A DNA stretch of 64,000 bases from Balanoglossus misakiensis (lineage: Eukaryota; Animalia; Hemichordata), in assembly GCA_040954595.2 (NCBI GenBank), contig CM082582.2:3270303-3334302 (forward strand), in the 5' to 3' direction. Under the pieces are notes generated by a model. The model was given only the letters and a program-made list of their open reading frames with translations, did no database searches and was not told where the DNA came from. The stretch's first letter is position 1, and each line of letters begins with the position of its first letter. The translations under genes were made by a program, and so were the position numbers. This document shows, in pieces, positions 32,412-48,000 of this stretch.

Positions 32412-33180
32412 ATGAACACACACATCTGATCAAGCAGCTCACCCCCTCAAACAGTGGTCGCAGCCTACTGGGTTTCGAGACAGTACGGGAGTAGTTGCCA
32501 AATGATGCAAAAGTTATTCAAAGTCATGGAAACATGGGGGAAATTTTGGTCCTTTTGTAGTCAATTGTATTCCTATAGTGATCACTAATCAACAGAAGAC
32601 AAGCATGGAGCCCTATTGGTTAGGCATGTCGTGAACTTTGCATTCTGGGCCCAAATTTAACCATCGTTCTTCAGCAGCGACGAAAAACAGAATTGGTTTT
32701 ATGGAGTGCTACAGCGTATTGAACTAAATTTCAAATGGGGTACTTTTACCTCCATATCATGGGAAAGGACTTTCAAATAAAAATCACACGTTCTGTTGGT
32801 GCTTTTCATGCTGCATTTATTGTCGTAATGGATTACATATACTATTATTAAAACATGATAAAAATTTAACATTGGATACCAAAAACTTAGTACGTTTTTT
32901 GTCGTATTAGAGATAACTTTATAAGTTCTTCTTTCAGTAATATATATTTTATAACACATTTCACTTTTGCAATATTCAATTAGACAGTGCAGAACTAAGA
33001 TGACAGTGTAGAAACGTCTTTTGATTAACATCAGAGCACCAGGAATTTTGAGTACTGAAAGTGTGAATAAAAAAATTTCTATTGCTAAGTCATAGTTGTT
33101 TTAAGCTATGCAAGCAAAATTTCCACTTGATGTAAAGAACATTGCTTTAGGTCCACTAATGTCGGTATCCGTCTTTGCTC

Positions 33181-36100
33181 TTACACACTACTTTCTGCGC
33201 CTCCAGGCACTATATTCCAGGCCAATTTCTGCAGAAAAGTATATAAAGACAGTGATTAAGATTATGCGATGTTTACGTTTCACCGTCATAATGAAAGTCA
33301 TCCATGTTACTGGACTATTCCATGATGCTGGGGTGCTGGCATATTTACAACAACATTTTCACAGTGCGAACGGAAAATGAGCATTTGATACAGACATTGC
33401 CTATTGCTTCATAACAAAATGTAATGTACCCTGAAAATGTTTGCTAAATATCCACTCACCGCATTTCGTGGGTTGGAGACAAATCCAAAACGTTGTTCCA
33501 CTATTTGAGTAGTTTCTATACCATCGCCGTCGTAGGTAACGCAGTGTATACCAGATGGAGTTGCGGTACGAGAGACCTAGAATCAGATAAAACAAGTACA
33601 GTAGTAATTTTAGTCTCATCAAAGTAAGGGCTGACTAGACAATCTGTTGAACTATAGTTACCTTCACGTATCGCCCAAACGAGCATTCTCTCCCCCTTTC
33701 TTACACACACACACACACACTCGTGTATGTAAAGAAGATGACCACAAATAAATCAATGAACGTACTGGGCGGCTGTGGCTTGTGCCCGATTCCTCCATTG
33801 AATTCACAGGCAACTCTTCACCGGGATTACAATCAACCAGTTCAGGATTGGAAGTTGGCGCAGGGCTTACCTACACGGACAAGATAAGCATGTATTTAAG
33901 CATGTTATTACACCTCACGCAACATTCGGCACTCGCGGGGGCCATTGACAACTAAAATGATCGACGCCCACGGCAAATGTAACTGTAGTTTGGTGTATTC
34001 CATTTTTACATACCATGTTACAAAAAATAGCGCCAATAATCCTGGTCCTAAAATAAACCAAAGACAAGAAAATTCTGTTCTTTAAGCAGGTTAAAATTCA
34101 AGTGTAACAAAATTTACCGTTATCGAACGACCCGCGCTCGATTGAGGTCTCTCCCCGCCCAGGTTCTCCAAGTCATCACTGGTTTCAACAGCGGCAAGGC
34201 CGGATGCAGCTGCCACGGTAGTCATCTGTAAAAAATCAGAGAGATAGGGCTCGGCGGTGACAATAATTCAGTCTCTTTAGTGGTCAATACTTATTACAAG
34301 TGCCCAGTAGCGGCACTGCTCTCATGGAAGATGGGTCTGTATGCCTGTTCACCAAAACACGGGTAAGGGATGTCTTTGTTCATACTCATGGTACGTGAAA
34401 ACAGGAAAATCCTGACCGGTGAAAATATAAGAAAACCTACCACCGGGTTACTCCACACTCACAAAATTCTCCTCCTCTCCCAGAAATATTTTGAGACAAT
34501 TGCATATATTTTGTTCTGACGGGCGATATAAAGAATTGCCATGTTGGTAGGAAATTACGACGACAGAAACATTGCCAAAACGTGGCAACTTTATCAGATT
34601 CGTCAGTCGGGAAAACCACATTTTAGTAAAAACAATTCTTGTGGACCAAGCTGTCACTGACCTCCACGGGTTCCACTGCATCTGACTGGTTACTGACATT
34701 TCCGTCATTGATTGGACTTACGACTGAATTGTCAGGCGTTTCGTCGGGATGGATCTTGTTGATGTGTCGACCGAAAAACGGCAGGGCAAACCACCACGCC
34801 TTGGTCTCCTTGCCTGATCTACAAGATGAAGGCAAATTTAGAAAATGTCGAATTATCGAGCAGTTCCAGGTGCATCTACTTGCGGAATATGTTACTGCCC
34901 GTTCTTCTAATGGAGGCAATCGACCCCAATGAAATATATAGCAGACAGAATTGTGATTACAATATTTTAACACTTTCCAAATAATTTGATCTCCAGATGA
35001 TTTTGTCGGAATCAGTACGTCTCAGTTTGGTCGACCATAGTTCCACAACCGGACAAGAAACCCTATGAAAACCTATATGGTAAGTTTGCTCTGGGTTAAA
35101 TCAAAATATGGTCTCTGTATTTCAATGATTTTTCAACAGTATCGTTTGTTCATAGCATCGATAATTTTGACAGCATTGTGCGTTCGCGATTGGGTGACTC
35201 ATGGATCACCTCCGCAACCACAACATTAGCCAACTACTTTTTTTCCCAGGAAAGTGACTTTAGCCCTAAAGGCGAAAAAAGCAGAAGAATATCACAACTT
35301 GTTTGACTTACTCCTCGACTTTTTTCTCCGGGTCGTTCTTGCGCTTGAGGTAGTACAATGCAAGTAGTACCAGCAACAGAATCGACAAAGTGATCAGCAC
35401 CACCAAGATGAATATGGCCCATTCGTTGATGGAATGTCCACACGGCCAGTTGGGGTTCGCGCAATAGCACGCGTATCCATCCACCTGTATGTGTCAAAAT
35501 AGAAATAATCTGAGCCCTTTCGAACGGGGTCGGCATGTTTAGCGGTAGTCTAGTATCTAGCCATATTCGTCCGCTTCGCTTGGAAGCAAAGCGGACAAAA
35601 TACGGCTAGATACTAGACTAGTTTGGCGGTAGCAACACAGTAAAGCAGGAACGGTCACAGTTACGTGCGAACGTAAAATGATGGATGTGTCATGAGGCAC
35701 GAGGTGTTTGTTTGCAATAGTCTGCATTCAATAGTATTCATTTATTTAAAAAAAACGCTTTCTATATTATCGTCTTTATAGCTACTGAGGTGTGCGTGGC
35801 CTACATACACTGTACGTAGCTGATAATATGCACGTGCCTACAATATGACATATATAGGCCTACACGTACCTGGTCCATACAGGTGTAGTTACTTGGGCAT
35901 GGATTTGAATAGCACTCGTCGATCTCCAGTTCACAGTAAACCCCCTCGAAACCAGACAGGCAAACGCAGCCATACTCCTCGAAACCCTCGCTTCTTCGCT
36001 CACTTGTGCAGTCGAGGTCGTGATCAGGGCCAGCGCAGGTGCCGTTGTTCACGCACCTGTTTTCCAGCACGTGGATGTTGACTAGCAGGACCCTAGAGAG

Positions 36101-39058
36101 ACCGCCAGCGCTGTCCACGAGGTTCACCTGCAAAGTGTCCACCCCGTAGAAGTTCTCCTGTGGGATGTACCGCATGCGCGACACGACCCACGCTAGTCTG
36201 TCGGTGTCGTGAGGTGGGTACAGGTCGCAGGGGAAGGGGATCTGTGTCGAGCCACTTGACTTGATAGATGTTGTCGACTCTGCAGTTATGCCGTCCTGGT
36301 CGCCCGAGCAGTTCAGTGACACAAACGTGAAATCCTGCAATTGCTCGTCGAGCTCCAGTTGGCCGTGTATCGGGTAGTTGGTGTCATAAACAAGTGTAAG
36401 GCTGTCGTCCGTATCTACGTCATATCCCCCAACTTGTGCCACGAAGTCGCCATATGCGACGTTATCCGCGTTTCGTTCCTCGATGGTTACCGTGACAACG
36501 TAGGTGTCGTCGCCTAAGATGTTGTATCCGTCCACGGCGAAGAAGAGCTCTGGGTTATCGTTGACGAAAGCGACATGGAAGGTGAGTGTTTCCTGTACTG
36601 CTATCGGCTGGGCAGGGTCATTTCTGCGTTCTTTCACGATGATCTGCGCTTCATCAGTACCATAGCAGTCGAGGCACGGTCGATAGATGAGCTGTCCATT
36701 GGGCAGGACAGTGATATTACCCCGGGTACTGTCCAAAGAGCCCTCGTCCAACCTGAAGCAAACCTCGTCACCATCCGGGTCTTCCGCAGTCAATGTGTAC
36801 ACCAGTGTCCCAGCGTCTTCTTCCATCAAAAATGAAGTCAGCGAGGTCACCACCGGTGCGCAGTTGACAAAATCTTCGCTCACCATTGCTGGTATAAATA
36901 GATTGGGACCAGCAAACATACCCGTGCCGGCATTTCTCTTCATACGCCCTTCATTCTCGCTGGTATCTATGTCGGTGGAGCAAACCTATGATTCAAAAAC
37001 ATAACGATTTCTTAAAATCAATAAGCCCAGCTAAAGAAACCCCCATTTCTGCCAATTCTGGCCAAATGAAAGAACTATGGCCATCCGCATCCACTCAATC
37101 GCATGGAACACTAACACTATCTAAAGAACATGCGCACGTCGACATACCTTCACAGTAAGTGTGCATTTATCTTCGTCATAATAATACACATCCATCGTGT
37201 CTTCACAGGAATGGCTAGCATCATGCCATGCCTTTGTATCTGTGTGTAAGGGGAAAAAGACAATTTTCAATGTTAGGAATATTTTAACGTGAACAAAAGC
37301 TTGTTTTATGTGCTGTTAATTGAGGAACCGCATTGCCAGTTTCCAGCTTCCTGCCTATGGTCCTCAAAATAACTATACGCTTCAGCATATAGCAGAAGTC
37401 AGATGCGGACTAGCGTTTGTCATATTTTCAAAACCTAATGCTGGTAAAATATCATTGCCTCATATGCACAAACTGCACACAAACAGTAAAAAGTAGAATT
37501 CATAGAAATTGCCACAACTGCGACCATACCTGGATCCCAGAACAGTAAACGAGGCCTTTCACTGCAGTTTGCGTAAGATTTGTATGACACACTCATCGAC
37601 AGCGGATCAGTCAATGGTGCTCGCGCAACCATTGCAGTATAAAATGCTGGTCCCAACATCTCTATAATTCTGCAAATAAAGAAACCAACAAAAGGTAAGT
37701 TAAAGACTTAGAAAATTGTGAGATATATTCAATTATAAATTTGGTATGCGACAAATGACCTTCGTGAAAAATGAGATTGCGAATTTTGGTTTTGGTAACA
37801 GCACCAATTGTTTACCTGTTGTCCAAGAAGCGATTGGTCTGGTTGATTGTAGCGTCAGGATCAACGATGACAGGCGAGAAAGTAAAGGATGCATCTGAAG
37901 TGTATTCTTCTTGTAAGTCGCCCTCTTCAAGAATACCAGCCAAGAGGACCTGGTCCTCCTCCATTTCTGCAGAGAGAAACACCGAAGTCACAGAGTCAAT
38001 AATTGTGTTTCAAAACATACTGTGCTACCTCAACGAAATAATGTTGCGACACTTATCTCTGGTTCAAAAATTCCATTTATGGCATTTTTTGTTTTCTTGA
38101 CATGACGACATCTACTTACAAAGCATTACACATGTCAATATTCCCGTATACTGACATGTACACATAACTTGGATAAGAAGGGTGGTTTATTTAACAATGG
38201 AGTACAGTACTGTGAGCTTTCGACTCAATTAAGTTTCTACACGATTTAACTCAGGGCACACACTTACCACTGCCAATCACCAGTCGTACCACAACATCCC
38301 CTTTTCCGTCTTCAAGTTCAACGACCGTAACTGACGCATTAGCTATTACATCGCCTTGTCCTTTAAGACAACGATAAAATATTCACATTACATGAAGTGA
38401 CATCTAACCAATGCTGCTACAGAATTAAATTTGATTTGTCTATTAATATATAGAGTCTCGTAACTTGTTCACTATGCTTTTACTCGTTTATTCAGATCAC
38501 AGTCATTTGTTAGGACATACATGTACACAGTGTTTTGCAAAGGTTTGGGAACATCTGTCAATGGTTTGGGAATCCCGGTAACACTAACCCCAGTAACATT
38601 TGCCACTGACAAAAGAATCGAAATATTAAAGGCATATCAATGTGAGCTTCGTAAATTTTTCTGACGTTGTTGACGATAGTCTTTGAATTCAAATATCAAT
38701 ACTTACGCAAAAACGTCGTTTTCAGTATCTTGCCCACGTCACAGTGATGTCCAACTGTACAGACAACAACCTGACTAAACAATGTCCTGCGAGAGAATGA
38801 AAACGTAGTTATGCCTATAGACATATCCATCAATCCATCCATTCACGCAGCGACACGTACATACATACATACATACGTACGTACGTACGTACGTACGTAC
38901 GTAAGTACATACATACATACATACATACATACATACATACATACATACATACATACATACATACATACATACATACATACATACATACATACATACATAC
39001 ATACATACATACATACATACATACATACATACATACATACATACATACATACATACAT

Positions 39059-39093
<35 letters not shown>

Positions 39094-42000
39094 TTGAAAC
39101 ATAGTGTCTTTATATGCAGAATTCAAAGAGAACAAAAACACTACAGAGACAAATACCTTCCTGGCTCCATGTGGAACCTATTGTCCGTTTTAACCACATC
39201 ATCACACAGTCTCTCTGCACACTCGTCGTTAAAATACTTCAGGTCGGAAATGTTGTAGCTTGGTACCGACGATAGGTATAGAAATGGTTCGCCGATCCAC
39301 ACGGCGCCAGACATATTGTACTCAGTCATGATGTTGGGTAACACGTCATCCAAGCCTTCCTTGCTTCCAATCTGAAGATCTGATTACAATAGCAGTAATG
39401 GTCAGTGCAATATGAATGTTAACAGATTGACATTAGACAACTGGGGGCAAATTACATGTGATCATTATGCAAACTTTTTTCCACCGTTACATCCGTCAGT
39501 CTTCACACTGCAAATTATAACCGAGAAAACTAAAGATTTTGAACTTATATTTTTTGTTTAAGTGACTCTTTTATCTTACGGCAATCAAGAAACACATTAT
39601 AAAACCGAATTATTTCGTCCACCTACAAAATTCTTGACTTGTTATTAGCTCAACAGAAACAACAGTGAGTTGCATAAAGCAGCAAACTAGACTGTACGTG
39701 TAGCACGAATACCGGACTGTGACGCAACGAAACATTGCGCAGAATATGAAAATCTGAACTTTGTGATCATAGGTTGTCTAGTTCGTATGCCTGCAAGTAT
39801 TACGTGTCACATGCTGATAGGACAATCACTTACAGTAATCACCGATGATGTCATCGTCTATCCTCTCCCACGCGATGCCGATGGATCTCAGGTCAGTACT
39901 GAGGAAAGTGTCGTTTCCCAAGAAAGCCACCACCTTGCCGTCTCGCGATATGACGTCAGAGCGCAGGCCCTCTGTATTTGGCGAATCGAGCACCACCTCC
40001 ACACCTGTGCATGAATGGAAGAATAGGTTGACGTGAATGAAATGATAGCAAGTGCCGAGTGGAGTGCAAACGATATGACGGCAAGTGGATTATATCATAT
40101 AATAAACACCGCGGTCATTTTACGCACAAGTTCTTCCTTGCATTCTCAGCGGAGAGAAAGAAATGCAACCAAGCGTATGACGAGTCAATGTTACGTTACT
40201 TTTTGTCATGTACCATTATGCATTTGTACCTGCATCTACTTCCTCCACTCTGCTCGCCGATGGCAAGCCGAGTCCAAGCAACCAGACGGGCACCAGAGTG
40301 ACAAAAATGCCAATTATTGTCCACTACGATTATTATTGCTACTGTGGAAAAGATGAATGGTATTCACAGCTGGTTTCTTTACCTGTGGTGTTGTCTGTTT
40401 CAAGGTTTGCCTGATCAATTGCTTTCACGGTGATGTAGTACATATGGCGGTTTTGGAGTACGCCGGACAGCTGGTCGTTGTTTGCTTGTGTAGCGTTTCC
40501 CACCGAGACAAAGTCCTGGATGTCAGTCCCGCCGTGAGTTGTGCCAATTGCCCATCTGTATTCTTTAATCTGTGCAAAAAAAGTTGAGAAGACTGACGTC
40601 ACGAAGACAACAAACGTTTCGTTGTTTCTTGGTCTTATAAATATCAATGAATTATTTGGAGTGAAATGGTAATATTTCAACATTTTACGGTTTCAAGTAT
40701 ATTCGAAAAGCTCATTTTGTCATCAGAGGTGCAAGCCTAAAGGTAACTGAACCATGTCGCGGTGCTGTATTCTTGAGCAAATCTATCATGACTATCTTCT
40801 GTTCATATGCAAGTTTCCATTCTAATGTGTGAAGATTGAATTTATTTTAGACGGACTGTTTTCAGCAAAGACTTATACAATTTTTTTTCAACAAATGTAC
40901 AATTTTTTAGACTTTGCCGCATTCATTGCTATTTCTGTTTACTATGACGCTGACCCCAAAACTCACGGCATTAGTGTTTACTTGTCAACCGTTGTTTGCT
41001 GAGAGCTTTGTTTACCTGGAACTGGTAAAAAGCATAGGCATATAACAGTAACAACTATATCTTTACCGACGTTCCTATGTCATAACCAGTCCACATAGCA
41101 GCTATTGTAGAATCGCTGCCTTGGTGTTCAATCGGTTGTTGGTCGGACCACGACTTGTCGATAGTGTACAGAGTTTCAAACACAGGAGGAGCAGTGTCGA
41201 GTATGATGCCGCTGCTGTGGGCCTCCGCCGTTCGCCCCGAGGCTGAAAGCATGCAAAATGAAAAAAAAAACATACTGGTCACGGATAACGTGTATCTGTA
41301 AATCGTGTAAATTTGAACATAAAAGACTTGGGTATGTAAATCTATTGTCCTAGCAATAACACTGACACATCCGATAAGCCTAGTTTTAAAATTTCTAGGG
41401 TGAGCTTATAAAGCATGTATACCAAAGACATTTACTTTTGTACAATATATGTCACATTTGTTGTACATGAACTAGGGATGTAAATATCACACCAGTGACA
41501 AAGACTGAGATCGGTCAAGGAAGAACTGAACGGATGGAAAACAATATCGCGGAAGCACCACAAATCAGTTAAAGGCAAAGCTGGTGAATAATACACAGAT
41601 CGAATCAACCCTGCACAAATATTCCATCTCACCGCTGAAGGCGATCACTTTCACGTAGTAGCTAGCCGCAGATTTCGTTCCATTGCTGACTGTCCACTCT
41701 GATAGATTCAGTCCGTCTATTTTGATTTTGTATTCCGACGTCACGGCTGGGCAGCTGGTGTCACAGTTGAACCTGCTGCACGCGCCCTCGCACGCTACAC
41801 ATGGCCTTGCGACCTATGGGATAATAGTGACGAGTAAAATGTTAGCATGTCACTAGATACACCCTGTATTTCAGCCTTGATTTGTAGTCTGTACGGAGGA
41901 AGACCACGATAAACCAGAGAGATACGTACCTCGGTCAGAGGAACTATGTTTGCGCCATTAGTGTGTGAGGCAACAGTGGCATAAAATGACACCGTCGGAG

Positions 42001-45000
42001 AAAGACCATTGAGGAAAGGGTCTCCATAACGGCACAGTTCTTCCACGGCTGGTGGCATTCTGCAAAATTTCAGATCAAAGCTTTGTGTAAATGTAAATGA
42101 AATTTGATGAGATAAAGTTGATTATTAATTGCTATACCGACATTTTGGCAATCGGCCAAAAATTGAAGTGATGCCAAACATGAGTTCACCTACCTTACGA
42201 GCGCAAACAGAGCTTCTGTCGACGGTGGATCGAAGACGTCGTCATAGGACGGGACGTAGTCGTCACGATTCCAAACGGCCAAAGTCATTGTCGTGGTGGC
42301 ACTCAAAGTGGGCAGTCCGTAGAGTTCTAAGAATGCCTCGCCATCGATCGACAATTGAACTTTCAAATGTTCCTGACAGAGAAATAAGCACATGGCATTC
42401 CATTACCCTTATGAAATTGTTGTCGCAAAGCAAAAACAAATCCCATCCTTAACCTCGTTTCGACTTCTGACATGAACGGTGTAATGCCAATGAAAGAGTG
42501 GTTGATTACCTTATCAGGGACTATATTTAAGACGTAGTTATGTAGTTGGATGTCTGGGTTAAAATCGACTTCCTTGATTGCATACACTGGGGCAAACTTA
42601 TCATCTTCAAAACGACCCCACAGCGCAACAAAGCTTCTGACTGTGCCATTGTACTCAACACCTGTTTTAATATAGACGGATTAGACAAATGTAAACACAA
42701 ATGTTCTTCTGAAAAAAGAACCGTACAGCAAGGCACATTAAAGAGGTAAAAACCAACATACATACGTCAGACTGACTTGTTTTTAGAGAAATCTCGCGAC
42801 ATTTGACTATTCTGCAATGATGGAAGGAAACGTAGGCGTTGTTGTAACGGCGTTGTATTTCCTGAACAGTCGTACAGTTTAGTCACATTTCTCATAGCAC
42901 GGAGAATATATGATCCTGTTTCTATAGATAGTAGAGTGTATACTTCTATATTTTAGGATTTTGTTCACCTGGATTGATCTGGATGCCGATGGACGTGTGA
43001 ACTGAGGCGACAGCTTTACCGTCATAGTCCCCGGTCTCGCCTTCAAGTTCATCTTCAACAATGACCGGTTGAGGGTCGCTTTCGGGTGCCTGTGGTGTCG
43101 TTCCAACGTTGCTGCAATCGCACACATCCAAGCAACCGGACGTGTCCCTGTCAACATCTGCGAACAGACACATTTTCGCACAAAATGAGAAGGGTTCTTG
43201 TGATGAATTGCGTATACCCAAACGCAAGGTGTCAACAGTCGCAAAAGCCAATCACATCCACACGTTACAACAATCTCCCAGACGAATGCACACAAATATT
43301 ATGAGCGAAGCACCAGTGCGACAACTGCCACAGTTTACATGTATATCTATGACGAAAAATAGGTACGTAAATATGACGTCATACCATAGCAGCAGCTGCA
43401 TTCCGTTTCGTCAAGGTTGACGTCATACATTATCGCGTTGAAGTCACCGACCACGCCTTCAGGTCCGTCCCAAAATACGACACTTGTAACTGCTTGCAAC
43501 TGCGAAGACGCTGCCTGGATTTCAAACTGTGGAATATTGGAAGTGAATAAATTTAATGAATCAAATAAATAATACAACATTTTCGTTGGTAGTGTATATA
43601 TATATTCAGAATAATGCATTTATGGAAACATGTTTTGTCCCCTTTATAACCCTGCTTTAGAACACAGCTTATTAAGTATACTCGAGTGTCCGCCAGGGTA
43701 TTTATTTCCTATATGAAGTATTTTCATGGCCACTGAATAATGACATCTCTCTGCCAAAGTCTCGATAAGACGAAAAGGTATACTTATGGAGTAGTTTCGT
43801 AGATACCTCATATGTCCCGCCGACGCTGACTTCTGGTACTTTTGTGTAGTAGGCACCAGACAACATCAGTTCAGACTGGACGTCTCTCTCCATTTTGACT
43901 GATAAACCGTTGCCATAGAAATGAAGCTTCAATGTAGAAGAGAAAAGAATATCGAAAAAACTGGGTTGATGACAAATACGTTATTGATATTCGAACAGTG
44001 AGAACTGTCATTACAGGAAGGGTGACGTCTATACATTGTTTTGGACGTTTTTCTTTAAAAACTGCGCATGCTACCTACCTGTTGTTCTTCAAACAGTATT
44101 CTGTGTTCCCTTTGAAGACCCCATACACCTTCCGAGTGAATGTAATGCCAATCGCCGTCAGGACCATCTTTGAAATCGTACAGCAAACTAGGACAGACTT
44201 CACCGCCATTCAATGGGAGATGGATAAACACACCTGCAAATGGTTAAGTCGTTCATGCAATTGTTTTTCGATGAAGCTGTAGATAGACGCGCCTTATACT
44301 GCAGGGTGTTGTTGTACAGGCATCTGTTTCACAAAGAATATGATGCGAGTGCCAAAGAAAGAGAATCATCCCATATAACTTACTGAATCAGACCGACTAT
44401 ATTCATTTTCTCACCTTCCATTGTTGAATTGTCCGATTGATATGCGACGTCTTCGAGAAAATTCTGACCATCTTTCACAATGCCTACTCCTGGGTCATAG
44501 GGGTCTACAAGAATTGGCATGGAATTGCTCGTCGATGTCAGTCCGGCGTTGTTTGTTGTCTTCAGTTGTACAAAATACGGTTTATCAACCTAAGTGAAAA
44601 TATATTAAATTCGTTGTATGATCCTCACACAGTAACTTGACCATGCCCAGATTTCTGATATCTCAGTGAAAACTCTTAACAGTTATAGCCTAAAAATTTA
44701 TATACATTGTAATTGGCAAAATTCATGATTAATTTAACGTACTTCTAGGTGTTCATAAAACACACACACATCAAGAAAAACATTCTGACAGCATACCTGC
44801 AGTTCCATATCATTGTACGTGAATTCGTTTGAAAACGACGGGACATCTTCAAATTCGAGCAGGGTGGTGGGCTGCTCTTTGCTTTTGCAATTTTCACCTT
44901 CCAACAGAGCGATGGAGAAGTGGCTGATACCACTGTCTTCGTCTTCGAAATCAAGCCATTCCACGGTGAATGTGTCTGGTTTCGGTACATATGCCACACG

Positions 45001-48000
45001 CTGAAGAGATGTAAACGCATTAACGGTTATGAAGTAGCTTTAGTCATTAAAGCTGAAAAGACTGAAGTCCGAATATATTTTTTGCAACGAAACATGCATA
45101 TAAGTATCACCAATGTGTTTCCAGTACAAAAAACGACGTTTCTGTGGAATGGTAAATTTGTGACTTGAGACGCTATCTCCTTACCTCATCATAAAATGGC
45201 CCAATAACAAACCTCCCCTCATCTGGCGGAGTCAGGTCTACGGTGGTGCTACTGTTGGCAACTGCGCATGTCGCCGATTCATCGTTGGCGACCACCACAA
45301 CGATATATTCATGGCCATGCTCCATCTGTAATCCGCCCTGAACAACCATCGTATTATCTGCCACGTGTGTCAGCGGATAGATGTCAAAATACTCCTGCAC
45401 TTCATCGTTTGCATTTTGCTGTGAAACAGTTGCAGGACAAAATTAATTAAAGTTCAGGTAATTATCTATAACACTTTTCAATGAAAATCGCATCACATTA
45501 ACAGGACAGAAATCATGGCAAAGATACGTACCAGATCTCTGCACGTGAATCCTTCGAGATCATTCCCCGCTGACATGATACCCCATTGGTAAAACAAAAT
45601 CGGGAAAGTGAATTCAAACTCATTCCAGGACGCTGTAACGTTGGTCGCCGAAGAAGAGTACCTAAGTAGGCAAACACATTGAGCGAAATTTTAAACTTAA
45701 GACAGATTTGATTGCATATAACTGAACGGCCTGCTCAGGTGCACGACATTTTAAATGTAGTCCCTTGACATAAAAGGTAAACCGTCATAAAGACAGAAAA
45801 CCAGAAGATGAACTTTAAGACCTGATTTGCACCGTATAAGACCGAGAGAATGGCAAAAGAGTTGAAAGTGGCAACCGAAGTCAATTCCACTGAGATAATT
45901 CCACTGCTATACGAGAAGTGTCGAATGTCGACCGCTCCTCATGTTATGATCATGATTTGCAGTGCCATAATCGTTCGATTCGCAACATGTCGAACTAGCT
46001 TTTACTCACCGGTCAACCGAGACCTCTCCGGGACTGAGGACGCCACCGCCGTAGCCAACCTGGATGCCATTGGAGGTAACCTCAGTCATTGTGCTTGACA
46101 CGGCATAGGCCCGAACCGTCATGTAATACGTCACAGATTGGGGGAGAAGACGCAGCCCCCAAAATGTGTGCGTGTGGTTGAGACCGACATCTGTGAACGG
46201 GTGAACGTCGTCTCTGGTGCTTGGATATCGTGGGTCTGTTCCGGCTGCCACCTCGTAGTGATGGATTTCTTCATTTTCCTCAAGGTCACCTTTAATGGTA
46301 TATACAATCACTTCTAATTTACCTCTATTCATATGTGATCAAAGGGTGTGTCTAACTTAGCGGCTCACTTTTTTTCGCATTGCCACTCACTGAAAATCTT
46401 TGATTGGCTAAATACATTTATAAAGTTGCCATGGTTACTGTAACTAAAGTTGCATAGATCACCTTTAAAGCCACGGAGTCAATGAATTACGCAACAACCA
46501 TTTTTTTCACAGCTGATGTTTTAGGTAAGATCCTGAGAAGGTGCTCTGTAACATCGCTTCACTTACTGTGTGTGCCATGCTCTCCGAAGCCATCCCAGTT
46601 AGCAGAAAGCGTCGTCACCGACGGCTGGTATGTGAAGTCACGCCCCATGACGTTTCCATCTCGCACACTCCCGGGTTTCAAGGGCTCCATCATAATAGTG
46701 ACACCGTTGGACCTCAGCGAATAGGTGTAACCGAGCGCGTTGGTTGCCCTGACAACGATGTAGTACGATTCGCCATCGCTCATTCCCACTCCATCGGCAG
46801 TCGCGCTTGTTCTGCCTTTAAAGAGAAACCCGCGAAATAAGCAATGACCCAGCGGATGCACAGACACACACATTCAAACCCTCGATATATGTTTTGGGTC
46901 CGTTCAGATACAAACCAAATCTTGCATAAATGTACAGTGAATTCCAATCAAGACATTCACATGGGCGTCAGTGGACTGTGCAAAATAATTTTGCAGATTA
47001 CAAAGCGCAGATTATCAGAAGGAAATATCATGCCCTATTTTGAGAAACGGAGGGATAATCCATCAAATTGTGGTATTCGTGAACGTTCATCACTTCGATT
47101 GCACAACAAATAGATAGAGAAGCACAGCGTTTCTGGGAGACGGGACAGAAAATAACGCATTTGTCCTACCAGCAGGAACTTCCGTCATTGGTAGAATCTC
47201 TGCACCGTCAAATCGCATCACCGACCACTCAAACGTCACTATAGGGCAGGGATCGCCATCAAAATTCCAATGTCCACTCACGGCATTTCCGTCCTCTTGG
47301 TAATCACTGTGGCATTTTAACAAATTAAAAACAAAATAAGGAAAAACTCTGATCCAGGTGATGCATGGTAATAAAAAATGTCTCGAGAATTTCTTGTTAT
47401 TGTACAGAATGTATGCTCTTTTGTATCTGATGGACTTCAAAAATAAAAATAAAACTGCGTTTAATGTAAAATGTACCATACTCCTCGACGCATATTATTT
47501 TGAAGTCTTTAATGTCATGCATCCTGGAGCCAGAATGCAGAACGATATACAACCAAACGCAGTAACTTTGTCACTTTTATCAAGAACAGCTCTTTGCAAA
47601 CTTTCATACGTAACTCACATGTCTCCGTCGACAGTTCCATCCCAAACGTAGATTTCTCCCAAAGTCGGCAAGCCGGAACTCACGCGGCTGATGAACACAC
47701 CATCCGAGGACGCCGTTGCCGACAGCCCTACTTGGTTGAAACCCCGCACCATGGCAAAGACCTGTCTCATTGATGCCAAGTCAAGACCTGTTACTTGTAT
47801 CGTCGTTTCACCGTCATCGACATCCTTGAAGTCCACAAGCTGTGTACCTCCTTGTGTTGTTCCCAGGGCGATTTGGTACCTATTCATCAGGGGGGAAATA
47901 AACGTCGCAGTGAAAAAGCCTCACCTCTAAAGTCGCTTAATTTTGTTTATAAACTAGACATGTTATTCCAATGCAGAAATGTCCATCAAATCTTCATTTG

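Noticed and set aside
38775-39141. MYVC/TYIH repeat ORFs (and similar ones at 22989-23289 and 30302-30652)
   Set aside because: Translations of tetranucleotide microsatellites.
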